A stretch of DNA of 32,000 nt from Phycisphaera mikurensis NBRC 102666 (GCF_000284115.1 NC_017080.1:3090001-3122000); one strand, 5' to 3'. Shown: positions 1 through 8,881, numbered from the stretch's first letter. The notes: generated by a model not told the origin, from the letters alone. Program-made: numbers and translations.

Positions 1-2
1 AG

Positions 3-1535
3 CAGAAGATGGACCTGGCGAACCTGGGCACCGCCCAGGTGCTCGACCTGCTCTCGCCGATGGACGAGATGGGCGTGATCGCGGTGGACTCCTCCGCCCA
101 CACGATCGCCGACCTCGCCCCGGTGAGCGACAAGGCGAAGCTACGCAACGACATCCTGCAGATCGAATCGATCGGCGGGGGCATCTTCGTGTTCCAGGCG
201 CTGAAGGCCTCGGCGGAGATGCTCAGCGATGCCCGGGCCGGCACGCGCCACATCGTGCTCTTCGCCGACGCCGCCGATGCCGTGGAGCCCGGGGCGTACG
301 CCGCCCTGCTCGCGCAGTGCCGGGCCGCGAACATCACCTGCAGCGTGATCGGCCTCGGCCGCGACACCGACCCCGACGCCGCCTTCCTCCGCGACGTCGC
401 CGCTCGGGGCGGCGGGCGGATCTTCTTTACCGAGGACGCCCGCAAGCTGCCGGCCCTCTTCGCGCAGGACACCTTCGCCGTCGCCCGCTCCGCCTTCGTG
501 GATGAGCCGACGCCGCTGGCCGCGACGGCGGCGCTCGCGCCGCTGCTGGGCGCCGCCGCCCCGCCGCCGGGCCCGCCCGCCGTCGGCGGCTTCGGGCTGA
601 CCTACCTCCGCCCCGAGGCCACGCCTGCGATCCTGACCGCCGACGACTTCAGAGCCCCCTTCGTCGCCACCTGGTCCGCCGGCCTCGGCCGCGCCGCCGC
701 CCTCACCGGCGAGGCCGACGGCGAGCACACCGGGAGCCTCCGCGGCTGGCCCGCCTACGGCGACCTGCTCGCCAGCCTCGCCCGCTTCACCGCCGGAGGC
801 TCTTCGGATGCGCGCGGCGGCGCTCCACCGGTCGGCCCGCCCGGCTCCCTCGCCCGCCAGCGCGTCGACGACGGCGAACTGACCGTCGAGCTGCTGCTCG
901 ACCCGGCGGCCGCGCCGCCCCGCGCGGAGATCTCCGCCCGCGTGGTCGTCTCCCGCCCCGGCCAGCCGCCGCGCCGGCTGCGTGTGCCGCTGCGGTACGC
1001 CGAGCCCGACCGCCTCGCCGCCACGGTCCCGCTCGCCGCCGAGGACACCGCCGTCGCCGCCGTGGACTTTGGCGACGGCACCGCCGCCCCGCTCCCGCCG
1101 GCACGCCTGCTCTACGACCCCGAGTACGCGCCCGCGCAGGAGGCCTCCCGCGGCCCCGCCACGCTCGCCGCCCTCGCCCGCGCCACCGGCGGCGTCCGCC
1201 GCGCCGACCTGGGCACCCTCTGGGACGACCTGCCCGCCGTCCCGCGGACCGTCCCGCTGGCGTGGCTCCTGTGGCTCGCGTCCGCGGCGGTGCTGCTGCT
1301 GGAGGTGCTCGAACGCCGCACCGGCTGGCTCTCCGCTCCCGCCGAAGCCCGCGGCCCCTCGGGAAGCGCCGCCGATGACGGCCGCGACGCTCCGACGCCG
1401 AAGCGGGCAACCGCCGCGAAGCCCCCAGCGGCGGCCGAAGCCGCGCCCGCAGCACCCCAGGCCCCGCTTCCATCCACCGGCCTCGGCTCCGCGTTCGACG
1501 CCGCCTCCCGCCGGGGGCGGGAGCGCATGAAGTGA
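3..1535 (+). CDS. VWA-domain membrane protein, 5'-truncated by the window edge
   Basis: Frame is open from position 3. It contains a VWA-like segment (GTRHIVLFADAADA...CSVIGLGRDTDPDAAFL) followed by a C-terminal transmembrane stretch (VPLAWLLWLASAAVLLLEVLERR). Confidence 0.75.
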   Translation, partial: QKMDLANLGTAQVLDLLSPMDEMGVIAVDSSAHTIADLAPVSDKAKLRNDILQIESIGGGIFVFQALKASAEMLSDARAGTRHIVLFADAADAVEPGAYAALLAQCRAANITCSVIGLGRDTDPDAAFLRDVAARGGGRIFFTEDARKLPALFAQDTFAVARSAFVDEPTPLAATAALAPLLGAAAPPPGPPAVGGFGLTYLRPEATPAILTADDFRAPFVATWSAGLGRAAALTGEADGEHTGSLRGWPAYGDLLASLARFTAGGSSDARGGAPPVGPPGSLARQRVDDGELTVELLLDPAAAPPRAEISARVVVSRPGQPPRRLRVPLRYAEPDRLAATVPLAAEDTAVAAVDFGDGTAAPLPPARLLYDPEYAPAQEASRGPATLAALARATGGVRRADLGTLWDDLPAVPRTVPLAWLLWLASAAVLLLEVLERRTGWLSAPAEARGPSGSAADDGRDAPTPKRATAAKPPAAAEAAPAAPQAPLPSTGLGSAFDAASRRGRERMK

Positions 1536-1604
1536 GTCCGCTACGCCCAGCTCCGCCTTGGCTAAGTTGGACCCACCTCCAGCCGATGGGCGTGGACTCC
1601 CACC

Positions 1605-1859
1605 ATGACGTTCGCAAACATCCACAACGCCAAGACGCACCTCTCGAAGCTGGTGGCTGCCGCGGAGGCCGGCGAAGACGTGGTCATTGCGCGGGCGGGC
1701 AAGCCGGTCGTGCGGATGATCCCGTTCGAGAAGCCGGACACCGGGTTCGACTTCCGGGTCCCGGACCAGTTCACCGGGGAGATCTGGATGTCGGACGACT
1801 TCGATGATCCCGTCGACTTCGGGACGAACGACGATCCCGAGGATCTGGCCGAGCGATGA
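1605..1859 (+). CDS. Type II toxin-antitoxin antitoxin, Phd/YefM family
   Basis: MTFANIHNAKTHLSKLVAAAEAGEDVVIARAGKPVVRMIPF is a classic Phd/YefM N-terminus. The C-terminus is acidic and the stop overlaps the next gene's start (ATGA). Confidence 0.9.
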   Translation: MTFANIHNAKTHLSKLVAAAEAGEDVVIARAGKPVVRMIPFEKPDTGFDFRVPDQFTGEIWMSDDFDDPVDFGTNDDPEDLAER

Positions 1860-2269
1860 GCTTCGGGCTCCATCCAGAGGGCTACCTCCTCGACACGCAC
1901 GTCCTGCTGCGGTGGCAGTTCGAAAGTGCGCGTCTCCCTGAGCGGGTGAGGGAGCTGCTGCGACGCGAGGACCCTCGGATCATCGTGTCGGTCTGCTCGC
2001 TCTGGGAGATCCGGATCAAGGAGCGCCTCGGGAAGCTGAAGCTCCCCGCCCGCTTCATCGACGTCCTCCGGAGTGACGCGATCCAGCGGCTCAACATCTC
2101 CACGGAGCACGCACTCACCGCCGGCGCGTTCGATCCACTGCACGGCGACCCGTTCGACCGCATGCTCGTTGCGCAGGCGCAGCTGGAGAACCTGACGCTC
2201 GTCGCCGCGGACGGCAAGCTCGCCGCCTACGGCGTGCCGATCCTCGACGCGAAGCCGAAGCGACGCTGA
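1856..2269 (+). CDS. PIN-domain toxin (VapC-like)
   Basis: LLDTHVLLRW, SVCSLWEIRIKERLGKL and DPFDRMLVAQAQLENLTLVAAD are the PIN acidic motifs. Coupled by ATGA overlap to the antitoxin. Confidence 0.9.
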   Translation: MSFGLHPEGYLLDTHVLLRWQFESARLPERVRELLRREDPRIIVSVCSLWEIRIKERLGKLKLPARFIDVLRSDAIQRLNISTEHALTAGAFDPLHGDPFDRMLVAQAQLENLTLVAADGKLAAYGVPILDAKPKRR

Positions 2270-2304
2270 TGCGCAGTTTTCCGCGTCACCCGCCGCTCCC
2301 GCAC

Positions 2305-2333
2305 TTGACCAACTGTCCTACGTGAAGTAGAAC
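2305..2333 (+). promoter_or_regulatory. Probable sigma70-type promoter of the GntR-ABC cassette: TTGACC-N17-TAGAAC
   Basis: TTGACC at 2305-2310, a 17-nt spacer, TAGAAC at 2328-2333, placed immediately before the GTG at 2340. Confidence 0.55.
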
Positions 2334-2337
2334 AGTT
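2311..2337. promoter_or_regulatory. Inverted-repeat operator candidate AACTGTCCTAC-N5-GTAGAACAGTT
   Basis: 11-bp arms with 10/11 complementary, 5-nt centre, filling the spacer and -10 of the promoter just upstream of a GntR/YtrA-type regulator gene. Confidence 0.6.
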
Positions 2338-2339
2338 AC

Positions 2340-2753
2340 GTGACCTCGCCCTCCTCCTCCTCCTTCCACCCGGAGATCACGACGGGCGGGTCGGTGCCGA
2401 TCTGGCTGCAGGTGGTGCGTGGGGTGCGGCTCGCCGTCGCGCAGGGCCGACTGCAGGAGGGTGAGGCGATGCCCAGCGTGCGGGCGATGGCCGAGCGGCT
2501 GGTCGTCAACCCCAACACGATCAGCAAGGCCTACGCCGAGCTGACGCGCGAGCACACGCTGGTGAGCCAGCCCGGCCGCGGCGTGTTCGTCGCCCCGCCG
2601 CGGGAGGTGCTCAGCCGCAAAGAGAAGAAGCGGCGCCTCGCCGAGGCGGCGGAAGAGCTCGTGCACGCCGCGGTGGAGGTCGACGCCGACCCGGCGGAAG
2701 CGATGGCGGCGCTGCAGAAGGCGCTGGTCCGCCTCCGCGTCGCCGCGGCCTGA
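2340..2753 (+). CDS. GntR-family (YtrA-type) transcriptional regulator
   Basis: SVPIWLQVVRGVRLAVAQGRLQEGEAMPSVRAMAERLVVNPNTISKAYAELTREHTLVSQPGRGVFV is a GntR winged-helix followed by the short YtrA-type tail. Confidence 0.9.
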   Translation: MTSPSSSSFHPEITTGGSVPIWLQVVRGVRLAVAQGRLQEGEAMPSVRAMAERLVVNPNTISKAYAELTREHTLVSQPGRGVFVAPPREVLSRKEKKRRLAEAAEELVHAAVEVDADPAEAMAALQKALVRLRVAAA

Positions 2754-2776
2754 CCCAGCCCCAGAAGGAACCGCCC

Positions 2777-3721
2777 ATGGAACCCGTCCTCACCTGCACC
2801 GGCCTCGCGAAGGCCTACGGCAAGCACCTCGCGCTCGAGCCGCTCGACTGGGAGGTGCACCGCGGCGGCGTCGTCGCGATCCTCGGCCGCAACGGATCGT
2901 GCAAGAGCACGCTGATCCGGCTGGTGATGGGGCTCGAAGCTCCGACCGCCGGCGGCTCCACGCTGCTCGGCTGCCCGAGCACGGAGCTGACGCCCGAGAT
3001 CCGCGAGCGCGTCGGCTACCTGATCGAGGGCCACCCGACGCACACGCACCTGCGCGTCCGGCAGCTTGCTGCCTCCGAGGCGGACCTGCACCCACGCTTC
3101 GAAGCTTCGATCCTCGACCGCGTGCTCGACCACTTCCGCATCGAGCCCGAGCAGAAGGCCGGCTCGCTCTCCCGCGGCCAACGCGGCGGCCTCATGCTCG
3201 GCCTCGCCCTCGCCGCCCAGCCCGAGCTGCTGGTGATGGACGATCCCACGCTCGGTCTCGACCCCGTCGCGAAGCGGGCCCTCCGCGAGGCCCTGCTCTT
3301 CACCACCCGCGACCCCGGCCGCACCGTCGTCATCGCCACCCACGACCTCGCCGACGTCGAGCGCCTGGCCGACCGCGTCGCCGTCTTCGACCGCGGCAGC
3401 CTGCGGGCCTGGTGCAGCACCGAGGTGCTCGGCGAGCGCGTGCTGCGTGTGCGTGTGTCCGCCGTCGACGGCTCCTTCACCGACGAGGCCTTCGGGCATG
3501 TGCCCGGCCTGCTCACCGGCCGCATCGATCCGGGCGGGAGCGAGGCCGAGCTGATGATCGTCACGCCGAGCGAGGCGGGGCTGGACGAGGAGCAGGAGGA
3601 CGCGCTCGACCGGCTCGGCCGCGTCGAAGCCGTCGTGCAGCCGGGCTTCGAGGCGGCGGCGATGGCCTACCTCGAAGAGGGGCCGGTGAGCGAGGGCTTC
3701 CTCGCGGGGGTGGCTTCGTGA
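2777..3721 (+). CDS. ABC transporter ATP-binding protein with non-canonical Walker A
   Basis: ILGRNGSCKSTLIRLVMGL (Walker A position), LSRGQRGG signature, LLVMDDPTLGLDP Walker B/D-loop, TVVIATHDL H-loop. Confidence 0.9.
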   Translation: MEPVLTCTGLAKAYGKHLALEPLDWEVHRGGVVAILGRNGSCKSTLIRLVMGLEAPTAGGSTLLGCPSTELTPEIRERVGYLIEGHPTHTHLRVRQLAASEADLHPRFEASILDRVLDHFRIEPEQKAGSLSRGQRGGLMLGLALAAQPELLVMDDPTLGLDPVAKRALREALLFTTRDPGRTVVIATHDLADVERLADRVAVFDRGSLRAWCSTEVLGERVLRVRVSAVDGSFTDEAFGHVPGLLTGRIDPGGSEAELMIVTPSEAGLDEEQEDALDRLGRVEAVVQPGFEAAAMAYLEEGPVSEGFLAGVAS

Positions 3722-5445
3722 AGCGTGTCTCCCCCACCCGCGTCGCCGCCCGGCTCTCGCTGCTCACGCTGTGGCCGTGGACGCTGGGGCTGCTCCTGGT
3801 CAACACCGTCGGCCTCTTCTGGGTGGTGCTCGTCGAGGCCAGCCACACCGGCATCCACCACGAGAACACGCAGGCCACGCTGCTCGCGCTCTCGGTGCTC
3901 AACGCGCTGGTGCTCGGCTTCCGCGGCTGGTTCGACGGGTTCAGCACCGGCGGCTGGGCGTTGCTCGCGCACCAGGCCGCGTCTCGAACGGACGTGTTCG
4001 TCGGCAGGGTGGTCGTCGGGCTCGGGCTGCAGCTGGCGGTTCTGCTGCTTCCGTGGCTGGCGGTTTCAGCGTTCCACGCGACGCCGGGCGTGGTGGCTGC
4101 GCCCTACTTCGCGGAGATGACCGGCGTCGGGCTCGTGTGGATCCTCGCGGGCGTGCCGGTGCACCTCGCGGCGGTGGCGACGGTGTTCCACGAGCCCCGG
4201 CATCCGCTGATGCGGACGCTCTGGGGGCTCGCGGCGGCGGCGGTCGCCGCCGCCTTGGAGGCGACCGGGCCGTCGGTCTCGCTGGCAGCGATCGTCGGCA
4301 GCCCGGAGGAGACGCTGCGCCTGTCCGTCAGGCTTCCGCCGCCGCGGCCCGGGCCGGCCAACGCTGCGCCCTGGACGGCCGAGCCCGCCTGGTCGGAGCT
4401 GGGCACGCTCTACGAAGAGGTCGACGCGGAGCCCGGCAGCGGGAGCCGCGCGTACCTGGACTTCCGCCGCGGCCTCCTGCAGACGTACCCGCGTCGGGAA
4501 CGGAACGGGCGGCTTCCGGCCGTGGAGGCGGTGGAGCTGCCCGACCGCGTGGGCGGGTGGGCGGTACCGCGGCCGACGCCGGCGGAGTTGGGGGAGCCGG
4601 GGGTGGCGGGATCCGAGGCGAGCGGATCCTGGACGTTTCACGGCGGGAGCGGCCCGGCGGTGGGGACGTTCGCGCTTTCCGGGCGCGCGTCCGGCGGCAC
4701 CGGGAGCGGCGTGATCCGCATCGGCACCGGCGTCGACCGCTGGTCGGTGGCGGACGCCCGCTTCCAGATCCACTCGCGGGGGTTCGAAGCGCTGTTCCCG
4801 GAGGCCGCCGCGAGCGGATCCCCCGCGGTGCTGATGGCGGCGGCCGATGGCCTCGCGTTCCGCAGCTTCCCGCCGTCGGGGCCGATCACCCACGCCGCCG
4901 CGCCCCCGCCGCCCGCGACTGTCGCCCCCGGTGGCAGTGCGTCGGGTTCGCTCCGAGAGGGCGGGACGGCAAGCTTCCTCGTCGCCGGGCCGGCGGGGAC
5001 CGCGTACTGGAGCACGCACCCCGCAGACGCGACGCGGGGCTGGGAGGTTCTCGCTCCACCGCCCGCGCTCACCGAGCGGGCGCCTCCGTTTACGCTCACC
5101 CTGCCGGCCGCGTTGGCGGGCTCCGCGGCGCCGGCCTGGTGCCACCTGCTGCCGCGGGAACTGCCCGGCTCGATCGCCGGCTGGCACGTAGCGGCGACGC
5201 TGCTGCACGCGATCGTCTTCGCGGCGCTGCCCATCGGCCTCACGCGCGTCGGTGACCGCCGCTCGCACCCGCTCGCCGCCGCGGCGGCCGGGTTGCTGCT
5301 CGGCCCGACGCTCAGCCTCGTGCTGCTCCTGGAGCGCAAGCCGCGGACCGTGGCAGAAGTGGAGCCGAAACCCCGGCGGTCCGCGGTTACGCGGTTGCTC
5401 GTGCCGGCGGTCGCGACCGTCAAGCCGCCAGCCGCGGCCGGTTGA
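3718..5445 (+). CDS. ABC transporter permease-like membrane protein
   Basis: GTG start overlaps the ATPase stop (GTGA at 3718-3721). Multiple hydrophobic segments (LWPWTLGLLLVNTVGLFWVVLV..., LHAIVFAALPIGL, LAAAAAGLLLGPTLSLVLLLER). Confidence 0.7.
   Translation: MKRVSPTRVAARLSLLTLWPWTLGLLLVNTVGLFWVVLVEASHTGIHHENTQATLLALSVLNALVLGFRGWFDGFSTGGWALLAHQAASRTDVFVGRVVVGLGLQLAVLLLPWLAVSAFHATPGVVAAPYFAEMTGVGLVWILAGVPVHLAAVATVFHEPRHPLMRTLWGLAAAAVAAALEATGPSVSLAAIVGSPEETLRLSVRLPPPRPGPANAAPWTAEPAWSELGTLYEEVDAEPGSGSRAYLDFRRGLLQTYPRRERNGRLPAVEAVELPDRVGGWAVPRPTPAELGEPGVAGSEASGSWTFHGGSGPAVGTFALSGRASGGTGSGVIRIGTGVDRWSVADARFQIHSRGFEALFPEAAASGSPAVLMAAADGLAFRSFPPSGPITHAAAPPPPATVAPGGSASGSLREGGTASFLVAGPAGTAYWSTHPADATRGWEVLAPPPALTERAPPFTLTLPAALAGSAAPAWCHLLPRELPGSIAGWHVAATLLHAIVFAALPIGLTRVGDRRSHPLAAAAAGLLLGPTLSLVLLLERKPRTVAEVEPKPRRSAVTRLLVPAVATVKPPAAAG
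5341..5386 (-). repeat. 46-nt hairpin element copy A: CCGCGGACCG-N26-CGGTCCGCGG
   Basis: Perfect 10-bp arms at 5341-5350 and 5377-5386. The minus-strand loop begins ccggggtttcgg. Lies at the convergent 3' ends of the permease and the GGDEF/EAL gene. Confidence 0.75.
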
Positions 5446-7915
5446 GTCCGCCGGCGGCGGCGTGGCAGAAGGCGGGCACGTCCTCGGGGCGGAGCGGGCG
5501 GGAGAGGCCGAAGCCCTGCACGAAGTCGCAGCGGAGGGAGGTGGCGATCTCCAGCTGCAGCGGCGTCTCGATGCCCTCGGCAACCACCTCCAGGCGCAGC
5601 GTGCGGGCGAGATCGAGCACGCCACGGAACACGGCGGTCCGCGTGGCGTCGACGCCGAGGCCGCTCACGAAGGCACGGTCGATCTTCAGGACGTCCAGCG
5701 GGAAGCGGTGCAGCGCGGCGAGGGAGGACTGGCCGGTGCCGAAGTCGTCGAGGTCGATGCGGATGCCGCCGGCCCGCAGCTTCGCAAGGGTCCGCAGCGC
5801 GGCCTCGGGCTCGTCCATCACCTCCCGCTCGGTCACCTCCAGGTGCAGCCGCGACGCCGGCACGCCGTGCTTCGCCAGCAGCGTCGACGCGGTCCGGCAG
5901 AAGCCGGGGTCCGCCAGCTGCCGACGCGAGAGGTTCACGCTTAGCGCCGCGTCTCGGGGGAAGCGGGGGTCGCGACGCCAGCCCGCGTAAGCCTCCAGCG
6001 CCCGGTCGAGGATCCAGGCGCCGAGCGGGATGATCTGGCCGCTCGCTTCCGCCAGCGGGATGAAGCGGTCCGGCGGGATGCTGCCCAGCTCGGGGTGGTC
6101 CCAACGGACCAGCGCCTCGAGCGACTCGGTGCCGCCGCTCCGGGTCCTGACGATCGGTTGATAGACCAGCCGCATCTCCGCACGCTCCGCCGCGCGAGGC
6201 AGGTCGGCGGCCACCTGCATCCGCAGCCGCTCCTCCTCCCGCATCTCCGCGTCGAAGACGCGCAGCGTGCCGGGCGCCCGCCGCTTCGCCTCGTACATCG
6301 CCGCGTCCGCCTCACGCAGCAGCGCGGCGACGTCGCGGTGGCCGGCGTTCCCCAGCGCCACCCCCACGCTCGCGGTGGAGCGGACGGTGTGCCCGCCGAT
6401 GTCGTAGTCGGGCGCCAGCACGTCGAGCAGGCGCTTGCCGACCGCTTCCGCGTCGGCCACGCCCCCAAGACCCTCGATGAGCACGACGAACTCGTCGCCG
6501 CCGAGGCGTGCGGCCATGAGGTCGCGGGTCCGGCGGCCCGGCGTCGGGGTCGCCTTCATCCTCCCGGCGGCGGTCGCGTCCTCGCTCCGCAACGCCGCCC
6601 GCAGGCGGCCGCCGATCAGCCGCAGCAGCTCGTCGCCGGCGTCGTGGCCGAGGCGGTCGTTGACCTGCTTGAAGCGGTCGAAGTCCAGGAAGAAGACCGC
6701 GAACCGAGGCCCCTCCGCGGCGCCGGACCGGGCGTCCGCCATGGCTTGCGCGATCCGGTCGATGATGCGGGCCCGGTTGGGGAGGCCGGTGAGCCGGTCG
6801 GTCATCGCGGCCCGCTTGAGGTCCAGCGTCATCGTCCGGGCCAGCGTGTGGGCGTGCCGGAGCATCGTCCGCTGCGAACGCAGCAGCAAGCCGAGCACCA
6901 GGGCCAGCAGCGATCCGCCGGCCGCCGTCGCCACGGCCGGCGCGTGCGACGCCGCCTGGAAGGCGTCGTTGGGGCGGGTGCGGATGGACCAGTCGCGCCC
7001 GCCCAGGCGCAGGGTCCGCGTCGACGATCCCGGCCCCCGCACGGCGGCGGCGGCCGGGCCGGTGGCCGCCGCGACGTACAGCACCTCCGGCTCGGCACCG
7101 GGCCGGAGCTCATCCACCGCGAAGTCCAGCTCGTGGTCGGTCACGCGGGCGGCGCCCGTGAAGAGGCGATCGGCCCGCAGCGCGACCATCAGCCAGCCGC
7201 GGATCGCGGCGCGGCGGGCCGCTTCGTCGATCGGCGGCGGCCCGTGCCCGTAATCGCCGAGCAGCAGGAGGAAGCCCGGGGTGCCGGCCCCGTCGCCGCG
7301 GAGGCGGAGCGTGGCCGTCAGCACCGGCTCCCCCGTGTCGCGGGCGCGTTCGGCGGCGGCCCGCCGACGCGGCTCCGACTCCAGCCCCTGGCCCAGCACC
7401 GTGGCGTTGGGGCCTTCGGGCTCGGCGTACTTCATGGCCAGCCACGGCCGGTCCGCCGGCGGCGGGGACGCGAAGGCATCGGGAGAATTCAAGGACCCGT
7501 CCGCCCGGACCTCGCGGAGGAAGGCCTCGCGGTCGGCCGGGAGGACGTTCTGCGCGTAGCCGATGCCGATGGCCGCCGGGTAGAGGGTGGCCGGCTGCTG
7601 GCTGGCGACCGAGCGGCTGAAGCCCGCGCGCGACACGTGGACGCTGCCGGCGAAGGCGGAGCGGAGGCCCCGCAGCCCGTGGGCGTAGATCTCCACCCGC
7701 CGCTGCAGCTCCTCCGCGAGCTTCTCGGCCAGCCGCTCGTGCCGAGCCGCGTCCTGCGCCCGGTTGGCGTGCACGAGGCCGCCGGTCGCCAGCGTCGTCA
7801 GCGTGAGCACCGCCACGACGAGGAACCGCGGCCGCGGGAGGCGCTCCGCGAGCATCCGATCACGGAGAACCGTGGCGGCGGGCGAAGCGGGCGGGTGGCT
7901 GCGGCGTTCGTCCAT
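5420..7915 (-). CDS. CHASE-like sensor, GGDEF-EAL diguanylate cyclase/phosphodiesterase
   Basis: Start chosen at MDERRSHPPASP. N-terminal TM, CHASE-like region (AGFSRSVASQQPATLYPAAIGIGYAQNVLP), RLGGDEFVVLIEGL, and EAL motifs SLEALVRW, VNLS, EVTER, LDDFGTG, KIDRAF, AEGIET. Confidence 0.93.
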   Translation of the reverse strand: MDERRSHPPASPAATVLRDRMLAERLPRPRFLVVAVLTLTTLATGGLVHANRAQDAARHERLAEKLAEELQRRVEIYAHGLRGLRSAFAGSVHVSRAGFSRSVASQQPATLYPAAIGIGYAQNVLPADREAFLREVRADGSLNSPDAFASPPPADRPWLAMKYAEPEGPNATVLGQGLESEPRRRAAAERARDTGEPVLTATLRLRGDGAGTPGFLLLLGDYGHGPPPIDEAARRAAIRGWLMVALRADRLFTGAARVTDHELDFAVDELRPGAEPEVLYVAAATGPAAAAVRGPGSSTRTLRLGGRDWSIRTRPNDAFQAASHAPAVATAAGGSLLALVLGLLLRSQRTMLRHAHTLARTMTLDLKRAAMTDRLTGLPNRARIIDRIAQAMADARSGAAEGPRFAVFFLDFDRFKQVNDRLGHDAGDELLRLIGGRLRAALRSEDATAAGRMKATPTPGRRTRDLMAARLGGDEFVVLIEGLGGVADAEAVGKRLLDVLAPDYDIGGHTVRSTASVGVALGNAGHRDVAALLREADAAMYEAKRRAPGTLRVFDAEMREEERLRMQVAADLPRAAERAEMRLVYQPIVRTRSGGTESLEALVRWDHPELGSIPPDRFIPLAEASGQIIPLGAWILDRALEAYAGWRRDPRFPRDAALSVNLSRRQLADPGFCRTASTLLAKHGVPASRLHLEVTEREVMDEPEAALRTLAKLRAGGIRIDLDDFGTGQSSLAALHRFPLDVLKIDRAFVSGLGVDATRTAVFRGVLDLARTLRLEVVAEGIETPLQLEIATSLRCDFVQGFGLSRPLRPEDVPAFCHAAAGGLNRPRLAA

Positions 7916-8033
7916 CGGAAGAGGTGGGGCCCCGGCGTCTGCCCCTCTCTTCGGTTCCCAAGCGGCGAAGCTCAAGCCGCCGCGGCCGCCCCGCGCCCGA
8001 TCCGTCGCGGTCCGGGCGGGTCCGGGGCATCGC

Positions 8034-8876
8034 TCAGCCGCGCCCGGCGGGGTCCACCAGCCGTCGCACGGCCGCGACGCTCCCGCGGGGTGCCACCGCC
8101 GCCCAGGTTTCGCGGCGGACGGCGGGCGGGCCGCCCTCCGCCGAGGCGTGCAGCACCGAGCCGCCACCGGCGTTCATCACGACGTGGTCGACGCGGGCGC
8201 CCCGCCGCGACGGGCGCAGGTAGACGAAGTCCCCGGGCGCGGCGCTGCCGAGCCCCTCGACCGCGACGAAGCGGTCGCTCTCCAGCTCCGCCTGTCCCGC
8301 CGCGGAGTGCGGGAGGCCCACGCCGGCCATCGAAGCGAGGAGCTTCACGAGGCCCGAGCAGTCGAGGCCGAGCGAGGTGCAGCCGCCCCAGACGTACGGC
8401 CGGCCGATCAGCGATTCGGCGATCCGCAGCCGCGCCGCCGGCGACGCCGCCACGGGCGGCCGCTCCGCGAGGTCCTCCTCCTGCACGAAGAGCGGCTCCC
8501 CGCGGACGGTGACGGCTCGGAACCCGCTGCCCCCGCCGTCCGCGGGTCGCGACGCCCCAAGCCCGCAACCCAGCGGGAGCCTCGCGACCGGCGGGCCGGC
8601 CCGGCGCGTGGGCGCGGCGAAGGCGAGCGCCTCGGCGGTGACCACCCAGCGGTCCGGCTCCTCGCCCGGAGCCAGCGCCGCCCGCGGCACCCAGCCCCGC
8701 TCCTCCTCACCCTCGCCGCCCCAGCCGGCCGCGACCTCGACGCGGCCGTCGCGTGCCGCCCCCACCACCCGCACCGCCTCCCCGCACCGCGCCTGCGAAA
8801 CGACCCCGCCGCCCGGGGAGGCCGCGAGGTCGAGGACGGGCTCGATCACCCGGAGGATGCCGGCGTCGCGGGGCAC
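8034..8876 (-). CDS. NlpC/P60 family cell-wall peptidase
   Basis: IAESLIGRPYVWGGCTSLGLDCSGLVKLLASMAGVGLPHSAAGQAE...PGDFVYL...RVDHVVMNAGGGSVLHASAEGG gives the catalytic Cys and His motifs. GTG start inferred at 8876. Confidence 0.85.
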   Translation of the reverse strand: MPRDAGILRVIEPVLDLAASPGGGVVSQARCGEAVRVVGAARDGRVEVAAGWGGEGEEERGWVPRAALAPGEEPDRWVVTAEALAFAAPTRRAGPPVARLPLGCGLGASRPADGGGSGFRAVTVRGEPLFVQEEDLAERPPVAASPAARLRIAESLIGRPYVWGGCTSLGLDCSGLVKLLASMAGVGLPHSAAGQAELESDRFVAVEGLGSAAPGDFVYLRPSRRGARVDHVVMNAGGGSVLHASAEGGPPAVRRETWAAVAPRGSVAAVRRLVDPAGRG

Positions 8877-8881
8877 GCCGC

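Noticed and set aside
1245-1256. Isolated CCCGCGGACCGT half-site in the VWA gene
   Set aside because: No partner CGGTCCGCGG at the 26-nt spacing, so it is not a member of the hairpin family.
2899-3717. N-terminal extension of the permease ORF
   Set aside because: Out-of-frame overlap with the ABC ATPase. The GTG at 3718 with GTGA coupling is the better start.
7940-7985. Partial resemblance of CGGTTCCCAAGCGGCGAAGC to the loop of hairpin copy C (CGGTCCCAAGCGGGCGGAAGC)
   Set aside because: No CCGCGGACCG/CGGTCCGCGG arms at this site. Similarity over about 20 nt could be chance or a decayed copy, so it was not counted in the family.
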